The notes beneath the pieces were generated by a model that saw only the letters and a program-made list of their open reading frames with translations, searched no databases and was not told where the DNA came from. A DNA stretch of 12,774 nucleotides. It comes from Chloroflexota bacterium. Its GTDB lineage: Bacteria; Chloroflexota; Dehalococcoidia; UBA2979. Shown here in pieces: positions 1 to 6,818 of this stretch. The stretch covers positions 1 through 12,774 of the forward strand of contig JAQCIU010000059.1 in assembly GCA_027593235.1 (NCBI GenBank), read 5' to 3'. Position 1 is the first letter of the stretch. Every line of letters starts with the position of its first letter. The position numbers and the translations under genes were made by a program.

Positions 1-101
1 CATTCCTGTTCAGTCCAGCTGTAGGTGCGCTGGTAGATCGGAATCCTGAACTGGGGCGATTTCTTGAGGAAGTCGAGGAGCTTCGCTTCGGTGGCCTTCA
101 T
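1..101 (-). CDS. DUF262-domain (GmrSD-type, often DUF262+DUF1524) protein, N-terminal fragment; runs off the window edge
   Basis: Manual translation from ATG at 101: MKATEAKLLDFLKKSPQFRIPIYQRTYSWTEQE. The F-x-IP-x-YQR-x-YSW motif is characteristic of DUF262 N-termini. Not in the ORF track. Confidence 0.85.
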   Translation of the reverse strand, partial: MKATEAKLLDFLKKSPQFRIPIYQRTYSWTEQE

Positions 102-454
102 CGCACGGGTGCGGGGCAGCGTCCGCCCCCCGGCATCCGGGCTCTGCACCGAGAGGGCTCGTCGGTTCCGAAGGTCATGATTCGTCGAGCTTCCCGGCAG
201 CCACCGGCGGAGTCTAACTGGGGCGGGAGCGTGTTGGCCAAGCATCTCTGAGGCGGTGCGAAGCCGCCCACGGCGCCGAAGACCCGGGGAGGCGCAGCGA
301 TGCCAAAACCGCCCCATCAACATCCCGATAGCCTATGGGTCGTTCGCTGGAGGGGACGGATGAACCCATCCCTGGTCTGGGTGAGGCCATCAGCGGCGGA
401 TTGGTGACGCCGAGCAATTTGCGGCGTTCAGGCGTTTCTGCGCCCCCCTCCGCC

Positions 455-578
455 GCGGGGTTACGCGCGGGGTTACCGGGAGTCGCAGAGAGTCGCAACC
501 AGTCGCAACCGACCGGGGAAAGTGCCCGCGATCATTGAGTTCTGTCGCGTCAGGTCGCAACCCTGCGCGGTCGCGAGC
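455..578. repeat. Clustered short direct repeats resembling att-site arm/accessory-protein binding sites
   Basis: GCGGGGTTAC at 455 and 467. AGTCGCAGAG/AGTCGCAACC/AGTCGCAACC in tandem at 481-510. Further GTCGC cores at 544, 554 (within GGTCGCAACC) and 570. All lie directly beside the tRNA fragment. Confidence 0.7.
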
Positions 579-580
579 GA

Positions 581-619
581 ATTATGAATCCCCTGCTCTG
601 GCCTCTGAGCTACCCTGCC
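581..619 (-). pseudogene. 5' half of a tRNA with CAU anticodon (elongator Met or Ile2); probable att junction
   Basis: Minus strand reads GGCAGGG-TA-GCTC-AGAGGCCA-GAGC-A-GGGGA-TTCATAA-T: acceptor 5' strand, D-arm, anticodon 5' stem and CAT loop. No T-arm or CCCTGCC acceptor partner follows within the window. Confidence 0.85.
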
Positions 620-797
620 ACGGCCCATGGACGCTGGCGATTCTCGCCGCTCACCCTGTGTGCGATTGCCCTCGATGGGCTACGCAGGGGTTCACGGGAT
701 GCGTTGCCAGCGCACGAGCGGCCGTCATCTTATCGGCCGGTTCCCGCTTGATCGACTGCACCGGCGTGCTCGCGCTGGCGGATACGGGGCGAACACG

Positions 798-825
798 GAA
801 ACGGCCACCAGGCGGTGGCCGTTTC
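798..825 (-). terminator. Intrinsic terminator-like hairpin downstream of the 37-aa ORF
   Basis: Perfect 12-bp stem GAAACGGCCACC/GGTGGCCGTTTC with a 4-nt loop, 20 nt past the stop codon at 846. Confidence 0.7.
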
Positions 826-845
826 GACGGAATGGACTCTGGACG

Positions 846-959
846 CTAGAGCTCGATGACGGCGCCGCCGCACAACTGCTTCGGATCGCTACAGGGCGAC
901 GTTGCATTCATCAGACCGACGATCGGTCGCCGATCGAGCTGCGGCTTCGTGTAGGTCAT
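846..959 (-). CDS. 37-aa small peptide, RiPP-precursor-like (YxxPxL leader motif, two Cys)
   Basis: MTYTKPQLDRRPIVGLMNATSPCSDPKQLCGGAVIEL*. Strong SD GGAGGTG immediately upstream, TACACT -10-like hexamer at 1009-1014, hairpin downstream. Confidence 0.75.
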   Translation of the reverse strand: MTYTKPQLDRRPIVGLMNATSPCSDPKQLCGGAVIEL

Positions 960-1056
960 GTCACCTCCAGGTACGGCGTCGATCCGCCGGACGGTTTGCA
1001 TCCGCGGAAGTGTAGCGGGTAGCGCGGGAAGCGCGAGCAGTGGGCGCGAATGCGGT

Positions 1057-1773
1057 TCAGAGCGCAGCGGCGCGCGAGGCGTGGGCCTGATCGCGGCGGA
1101 GACGGCGGTGGAGGTGGCGTGCGTACCAGACCTCGACGGCGATGACGAGGAAGACGAGGAGTGCCCAGCCGGGGGCGGCGCCTTCCGCGGGGGCGATCAG
1201 GACGATGTCGTAGAGGCCGTGGAAGATGACGGGAGAGAGGTAGGCGGCGAGGAGCAGCGTGCGGCGGCGGCGGTGCTCGAAATGGGCGAGGCCGAAGTAG
1301 AAGCCCGTCATGACGCCGGCGAGCGCGTGGCCGGGAACCGCCGTGAAGGCGCGAACGATCGCGACCCCGATGCCGCCGTCGGCGACATAGAGCACGTTCT
1401 CGAAGGTGGCGAACCCGAGCGAGGCGGCCACCCCGTAGACGATGCCGTCGAGCGGTTCGTCGAAGTCGCTCAGGCGGCGGCAATAGAGGAACAGCACGGC
1501 GAACTTGCCCAGCTCCTCCGGCAGCGACGCACCGAAGAACGAAATAGCCGCGCCACGGAGCCACGGATTCGTGACGGAGTCGCCGAACGCCCCGTCGAGG
1601 AGGGCGATCAGGGTCACGGCGAGGATGACGGCAGGCACGATCGATGCGACGCCCCAGGCGAAGGTGATGGCGATCGCTCGCGTTGGCTCCGGGAATGCGT
1701 CGCGGCGGACGAAATAGCGCAGGATCAGCGCGGACGGCACGACGGCGAGGACGAGCGCGATGACAGTGAGCAT
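1057..1773 (-). CDS. prsW: PrsW-family intramembrane glutamic/metallo-protease
   Basis: Multi-TM protein with D-x-x-PEP, PEELGK, DGIVYG...LGFATFEN, VPGHA and IFHGLYD motifs. Start placed at ATG 1773 (MLTVIAL), not at 2262. Confidence 0.9.
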   Translation of the reverse strand: MLTVIALVLAVVPSALILRYFVRRDAFPEPTRAIAITFAWGVASIVPAVILAVTLIALLDGAFGDSVTNPWLRGAAISFFGASLPEELGKFAVLFLYCRRLSDFDEPLDGIVYGVAASLGFATFENVLYVADGGIGVAIVRAFTAVPGHALAGVMTGFYFGLAHFEHRRRRTLLLAAYLSPVIFHGLYDIVLIAPAEGAAPGWALLVFLVIAVEVWYARHLHRRLRRDQAHASRAAAL

Positions 1774-2046
1774 GGCGGCAGCTTTCGAGTTCGGCCCGGG
1801 CGCCCGCACGCTAATGATCCCGGCGACGTGCGACAACTCCGTCGGCCGCGCGTAGCGTGACGCGGCGCGGCGCCAGTTGCCGATCAGGCGGTTGGCCCGA
1901 AACCAGGGTGAGCGGGCCTGGGTCCGGTGCTCCGCCGCGTCGCTCGTCCGTGAGTTGAGCGAGGTTGCCGATGTGGCAGGCTGAACCTCGAAGATAGAAC
2001 GGGGCGACCGACGACCGTCGGTCGCGGCGCCGGGGAGGCGTGCAAC

Positions 2047-2955
2047 GTGAGGGATTCCGAGACACCGCGACGATCGGACGACGAGGCGCCGCGTCGCTTC
2101 GATGTCGATGGCGCGGGCGCGCGCCAGGTTGCTTACGAGTGGGACGGGGTCGGACCGCCGTTGCTGTTCGCACACGCGACCAGCTTCCACGCGCGCTGCT
2201 GGGACGAGGTGATCCGCGCGCTGCCGGGGCGCCACGCATACGCACTGGATCTGCGCGGGCACGGGGCGGCGGAGCAGCTACCGGTGGGTGAGGACGGCGA
2301 CGCGTACCGCTGGTCTCACTTCGGCCGCGACGTGACGGTCGCCGCGCACGAGCTGGGGTTGTCAGGGGCGATCGGCATCGGGCACTCGATGGGTGGGAAT
2401 TCGATCGTGCGAGCGGCGGCCGCCGAGCCCGAGCGATTCGGCGCGTTACTGCTGGTCGATCCGGTGATCTCGAAGCGATTGGAGATGCCGGGCGGTGGCG
2501 GCGGGCCGCCGACGTTCGTGTCGAAGCGGCGCGACGAGTGGGCCTCGGCCGACGAGATGTACGAGCGGTTCAGCCAGCGTGAGCCGCACAGCCGCTGGGA
2601 TCCTCGGGTGCTGCGGGACTACTGCGAGTACGGGCTGGTGCCTGATGCCGCTGGCGCAGGGTTCCGCCTCGCCTGCCCACCGCTGGTGGAGGCGATGACA
2701 TACGCCCGAGGTGAGCACGACCTGACGGAGGAGGCGGCGCGGCTGGAGATCCCGGTGCGCGTGTTGCGGGCACGGCCCCGCGATCCGGCTGATCCTGCGT
2801 CGGCATTTAGCGGATCGCCGGCGGCGGTAGACCTGGCCTCGTGGTTCCAACACGGCGAAGACGTCTACCTGCCTCAGTACACGCACTTCATCCCGATGGA
2901 GGCGCCGGGATTGATCGCACAACATGTGACGGAGTTGCTGGCGCTGGTCGGGTAA
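2047..2955 (+). CDS. Alpha/beta fold hydrolase
   Basis: LLFAHATSF oxyanion region, DLRGHG, nucleophile elbow GHSMGG, C-terminal catalytic His in THFIPME. Exact start uncertain. Confidence 0.9.
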   Translation: MRDSETPRRSDDEAPRRFDVDGAGARQVAYEWDGVGPPLLFAHATSFHARCWDEVIRALPGRHAYALDLRGHGAAEQLPVGEDGDAYRWSHFGRDVTVAAHELGLSGAIGIGHSMGGNSIVRAAAAEPERFGALLLVDPVISKRLEMPGGGGGPPTFVSKRRDEWASADEMYERFSQREPHSRWDPRVLRDYCEYGLVPDAAGAGFRLACPPLVEAMTYARGEHDLTEEAARLEIPVRVLRARPRDPADPASAFSGSPAAVDLASWFQHGEDVYLPQYTHFIPMEAPGLIAQHVTELLALVG

Positions 2956-3012
2956 ACTAGCGGGGTGAAACGCCCGCCGCGCGCGGTTCGCGCGGTTTGT
3001 TTGGAGACGACC

Positions 3013-3663
3013 ATGGTTGCAGCCGAGACCGAGAAGATCCCGACGATCACGCTGACCGACACGTGCCGCACGAAGCTTCACGAGGTGATCGACGGTCACC
3101 CGAATGACGTCGCAGGCCTCCGCCTGCAGATCCTGCGCCGAACGGCGGAGGGTGGTCTCCAGCACGTGCTGAGCATGGTCGAGGAGGGCGCGCAGGAGCG
3201 GATCTCCGACGACCTGGTGACCGAGGTTGATGGCATCACGGTCTACGTCCAGTTGCGCGACGCGCGCTACGTAAACGGCATCGAGATTGACTACCTCGAT
3301 CGCGGGCCGAGCGAGTCGGGGCTGGAGTTCAACAACCCGAACCCGCAGTGGTTCGACGAGCGCGAACTGGCGCTGCAGCAGCTGTTTGATTCGCAGATCA
3401 ACCCGGCGATTGCCGGGCACGGCGGGATGGTGAGCCTGCTGGGCGTAGACGGCGAGGACGCCTACATCGAGTTCTCGGGCGGCTGCCAGGGCTGCGGCCA
3501 GGCGAACGTGACGCTGGGACAGGGCATCGAGACGACGGTGAAGAAGTTCGTTCCGGGGATTGCGCGGATGGTGGACGTGACTAATCACGAGGACGGCACG
3601 AACCCGTACTTCAAGCCAAGCCAGCCGTCCGGCGGCGGTCACAGCCACGGACACAGCCACTAG
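3013..3663 (+). CDS. nfuA: NfuA-like Fe-S biogenesis protein (degenerate A-type carrier domain plus NifU C-terminal domain)
   Basis: SD GGAG before ATG 3013. N-terminal domain is A-type-like and lacks the canonical Cys motifs (ends ...EFNNPN). C-terminal INPAIAGHGG...GGCQGC...VDVTNHEDGTNPYF is typical of NfuA. Confidence 0.9.
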   Translation: MVAAETEKIPTITLTDTCRTKLHEVIDGHPNDVAGLRLQILRRTAEGGLQHVLSMVEEGAQERISDDLVTEVDGITVYVQLRDARYVNGIEIDYLDRGPSESGLEFNNPNPQWFDERELALQQLFDSQINPAIAGHGGMVSLLGVDGEDAYIEFSGGCQGCGQANVTLGQGIETTVKKFVPGIARMVDVTNHEDGTNPYFKPSQPSGGGHSHGHSH

Positions 3664-3734
3664 CACGGATGTCGATTCCCGCCGCGCGTGTGCGTAAGGG
3701 CGGATGCGCGTAGGTCGCGTGGGTGCAAACAAAC

Positions 3735-3766
3735 AACAGGCCGGTCCCGTACGGGACCGGCCTGTT
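3735..3766. terminator. Bidirectional intrinsic terminator between convergent nfuA and iscA-like genes
   Basis: Perfect 32-bp palindrome AACAGGCCGGTCCCGT|ACGGGACCGGCCTGTT with A-rich and T-rich flanks. Confidence 0.85.
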
Positions 3767-3800
3767 TCGTTAATCCGACGAGTGGGCTTCGGAGCAGCGC

Positions 3801-4145
3801 CTAGTGGGCGCCGCCACCGCAGCCGCAGGTACCGCCGCCACCGAGGATCTCGGCAGCCAGCGGCGCGCTGATCGAGAAGCCCTGCTGCATGACGTCCTCG
3901 ATGTAGTCGATCGAGGCGCCTTCGAGGGCCTGCGCGGCGGTGGGGTCCGCGATGAACTTGAGGGTGCCGAATTCGATAACGGCATCGGTGGCCTGTGGAT
4001 CGTCGAGGCCCATCCCGAAGGACGGGCCGCTGCAGCCGCAGCCGCCGCTCTGGGCGAATACGCGGATAGCCTGCGCGCCGGCGTCGTGCTCTGAGATCAG
4101 GGTCGACAAGCGCTGCTGGGCGATATCCGTGACGGTGAGATTCAT
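3801..4145 (-). CDS. IscA/HesB/ErpA-family A-type Fe-S carrier protein
   Basis: MNLTVTDIA..., GGCGCSG, LEGASIDY...GFSI and C-terminal CGCG motif. SD GAGGAAG before ATG 4145. Confidence 0.9.
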   Translation of the reverse strand: MNLTVTDIAQQRLSTLISEHDAGAQAIRVFAQSGGCGCSGPSFGMGLDDPQATDAVIEFGTLKFIADPTAAQALEGASIDYIEDVMQQGFSISAPLAAEILGGGGTCGCGGGAH

Positions 4146-4170
4146 CGGAGCTTCCTCGCTTCGTGGGGAA

Positions 4171-4207
4171 TTGCACACGTTTCGGTGCAACTATATTGCC
4201 AAATAGT
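4171..4207 (-). promoter_or_regulatory. Putative promoter/operator of the iscA-like gene
   Basis: AT-rich patch. Minus strand TTGGCAATATAGTTGCA (4186-4202) has GG-N10-GC spacing and contains TATAGT. Overlapping inverted repeats TTGCAC-N8-GTGCAA (4171-4190) and ACTAT-N8-ATAGT (4190-4207). Confidence 0.5.
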
Positions 4208-4514
4208 GACTGGCGTGGGAAATCGGGAGGATTTGGCCCGCCGCGAGGGCGTTTTTTGGCGAGCGTGGTCGTTGGCCGAGGCGTCAGGTGGCGTGGGATT
4301 CGAGGGCGGCGGTGCCTGGCTTCGCCGGTGGTGGGCGGGTTGGCTGCCTGACCCACCCACCCGCCCAGTTTCTTTTCGGGGCGGCTCTTCCCGTGAGCGC
4401 CCTACGGGCGTGGCCCCCGCAGCCCCCGACCGCGACGCGCTGGGCGGTCGAGAGGGATTGGGGACCTCGGTCGGGGTGACGGTGCCCGGCACCGCGCGGG
4501 CCCTGAATGAGCGA

Positions 4515-6818
4515 CTAGCCGTTCGGTGTGGCGGCGATGACCTGGAGCAGTTCGACGCCGAAGCGGTCGACGCGGGATTCACCGAGACCCCAGGTGTTGA
4601 GGAGGGAGCTGCGGTTGGAGGGGCGGTTGGCGACGAGTTCGCGGAGGGTGCGGTCGGAGAAGAGGGTGTAGGCGGGGACGCCATCGGCGCGCGCGCGTTC
4701 GGAGCGCCAGGCGCGGAGCGCTTCGATGAGCGGGTCGTCGGCATCGACGGCGGGGCCGAGGTCGGTGCGTGACCGGAGTGGGCGCTGGGTGGCGAGGGTG
4801 TCGGGGAGTGGCGGTGGCTCGGAGTCGGGGTGGCCGGCGCACCATTCCTCGATGACGGCGAGCAGTTCGGCGCCAAGCCAGTCGACGCGGGTTTCGCCGA
4901 TGCCCCACATCTGGAGGAGGCCGTCGCGGGTGCGCGGACGGTAGGTGGCGATTTCGCGGGCGGTCCGGTTTTCGAAGACGCGGAAGGGATCGCGGTTGGT
5001 CGTGCGGGCGATGCGATCGCGGAGTTCGAGCAGTTCGTCGAAGAGTTCGGCGGGGTACGCCGCGTCGTCATCGACGGCGGTACCGAGGCAGTTGTCGCAG
5101 TTGCCGCACTGCGCGGGCGGCTGTTCACCGAAGTAGCGGAGCACGAGGGCGCGCCGGCATGACTTCGTCTCGGCGTATTCGGTCATTTCGCGGAGGCGCG
5201 CTTCCGCGTAGGCGCGGTGCTGCGCGACGGCGTGAGTGTCGATCGGCGCGTCGGCGTCGAGCGAGCGGAGCCGGAGTTCGACTGGATCGAGGAGGCCGGA
5301 GTCGCGGAGCGCGGAGACGATCAGGCCGAACTGATCGGGATCGGCGTTGCCGATGTCGAACGGGAGGCGTCCGGACTCGCGGTTCGCGAGGCCGATCCAG
5401 CGCTGCCAGGCCTCGCGGACTGTCTCGTCATCGGGATGCTGCATGTCGATGAATCGCTGTTGCGCGGCGCGATCGCGGCGCGCGTAGAGGAGGGTGCATT
5501 CGGCGGGATCGCCGTCACGACCGGCGCGGCCGGCTTCCTGGTAGTAGGCCTCGATGCGTGCGGGCATCTGGAGGTGGATGACGAAGCGGACATCCGGCTT
5601 GTCGATGCCCATGCCGAAGGCGTTGGTGGCGACGATGACCGAGGTCTCGCCAACGGTGAACCGGCGCTGCACCGAGGAGCGGAGGTTCCGATCGAGGCCG
5701 GCGTGGTACGCCTCCGCGCTGAGGCCGGCGCGCTGCAGCGCTTCCGCCAGTTCCTCGACGTTGCGGCGGGTGCGGGCGTAGACGATGCCGCTTTTGCCAC
5801 GGCGCTCGCGGACATAATCCACGAGCCATTGCCGGCGCTCCGGCATGCCGGCAATCGGGACGACGGCGAAGGTGAGGCTGGGGCGGTCGACGGTGGTGAT
5901 CACCTCGCGGGCGGCGCCGCTGAGGCCGAGGCGTTCGAGGATGTCGCGGCGGACCTGCGGGTTGGCGGTGGCCGTCAGTGCGAGCGTCCGCGGGCGGCCA
6001 AGCCGCTCCCGGATTTCGCCGAGCTGCAGGTAGTCGGGGCGGAAGTTGTGGCCCCATTCGGAAATGCAGTGAGCCTCGTCGACGGCGAACAGTTCGACGC
6101 CGGCGCGGGCGATGCCGGCGGTGAAGAGGGGGTTGGCGAATCGCTCGGGAGCGACATAAAGAAGATTGGTTTCACCGCGCACGAAGGCCTGGTAGCGCTG
6201 ATTCTGTTCGCCGCGATTGAGGTTCGAGTTGATGAAGGTGGCGGAGACGCCGGCGGCCTCCAGCGCCTCGACCTGATCCTGCATCAGCGCGATCAGCGGC
6301 GAGACGACGATGGTGCGGCCGACGGCGAGGGCGGGAAGGACATAACAGAGGCTCTTGCCGCTGCCGGTGGGCATCACGGCGAGCACGTCATCGGCGCGCA
6401 GCGCGTCGAGGACGGCGGCTTGACCGCCTCGGAGTTGCGGGTAGCCGAACACCTCGCGGAGCGAGCCGAGGTACCCCTCCGAGGACGGGAGCGCGCCACG
6501 CGGCGCGGCCGCTACCTCGGGAGTTGGCGTGGAGGCGCCGTTGGTGAACGGCCGCGGCTGCTCGTTGAGGCCGGCGGGCGTCGGCGGGCGGGTCGAGGCG
6601 ACCGAGGCGGCACGGGGCGTCGGCGTGGTGCTGCCGGGTCCGCTGATCCGAGAGGCAACGGTCGGTGCGGCCTCGGAGGCGGCGGTGAACATCGGAGCGG
6701 TCGCGGCAGGGTGCGGGGAGCGCTCGGCATCGAGGCGTTCGCCGCAGTCGTTGCAGAACGCGGCGCCGGGCGCGGCCGGGGCGTCGCAACGCGGGCAGGC
6801 GGGAGTGCTGCTAGGCAC
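4515..6818 (-). CDS. recQ: RecQ-family ATP-dependent DNA helicase with N-terminal zinc ribbon and two HRDC domains
   Basis: PTGSGKS, DEAHCISEWGHNFRPDY, TATA, ATNAFGMGIDK and QEAGRAGRDG motifs, Zn site CRR...CGNCDNC, two HRDC-like repeats. GTG start overlaps the upstream stop codon. Confidence 0.93.
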   Translation of the reverse strand: MPSSTPACPRCDAPAAPGAAFCNDCGERLDAERSPHPAATAPMFTAASEAAPTVASRISGPGSTTPTPRAASVASTRPPTPAGLNEQPRPFTNGASTPTPEVAAAPRGALPSSEGYLGSLREVFGYPQLRGGQAAVLDALRADDVLAVMPTGSGKSLCYVLPALAVGRTIVVSPLIALMQDQVEALEAAGVSATFINSNLNRGEQNQRYQAFVRGETNLLYVAPERFANPLFTAGIARAGVELFAVDEAHCISEWGHNFRPDYLQLGEIRERLGRPRTLALTATANPQVRRDILERLGLSGAAREVITTVDRPSLTFAVVPIAGMPERRQWLVDYVRERRGKSGIVYARTRRNVEELAEALQRAGLSAEAYHAGLDRNLRSSVQRRFTVGETSVIVATNAFGMGIDKPDVRFVIHLQMPARIEAYYQEAGRAGRDGDPAECTLLYARRDRAAQQRFIDMQHPDDETVREAWQRWIGLANRESGRLPFDIGNADPDQFGLIVSALRDSGLLDPVELRLRSLDADAPIDTHAVAQHRAYAEARLREMTEYAETKSCRRALVLRYFGEQPPAQCGNCDNCLGTAVDDDAAYPAELFDELLELRDRIARTTNRDPFRVFENRTAREIATYRPRTRDGLLQMWGIGETRVDWLGAELLAVIEEWCAGHPDSEPPPLPDTLATQRPLRSRTDLGPAVDADDPLIEALRAWRSERARADGVPAYTLFSDRTLRELVANRPSNRSSLLNTWGLGESRVDRFGVELLQVIAATPNG

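Noticed and set aside
214-538. ORFs 214-498 (-) and 335-538 (+)
   Set aside because: No recognisable motifs or SD, and they run across the att-like repeats.
481-578. CRISPR array
   Set aside because: The repeats are only ~10 bp with no spacers, and no cas genes are present.
340-581. Group I intron in the CAU tRNA (as in Azoarcus tRNA-Ile)
   Set aside because: No 3' exon (T-arm plus CCCTGCCA) and no recognisable P7 core in the window. The adjoining sequence is short direct repeats and then a DUF262 gene.
958-1860. 300-aa acidic plus-strand ORF
   Set aside because: Antisense shadow of prsW, as expected from high-GC codon bias.
1774-2262. N-terminal extension of PrsW to 401 aa in the ORF track
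   Set aside because: It overlaps the divergent hydrolase gene and has low-complexity Arg/Ala content. The family-like sequence begins at ATG 1773.
846-2955. Complete lasso/RiPP biosynthetic cluster
   Set aside because: No RRE, lasso cyclase or peptidase, or radical SAM gene is in the window; only the precursor-like peptide is supported.
2446-4356. 636-aa minus-strand ORF
   Set aside because: Shadow or alternative frame over the hydrolase, nfuA and iscA-like genes; it also crosses a terminator.
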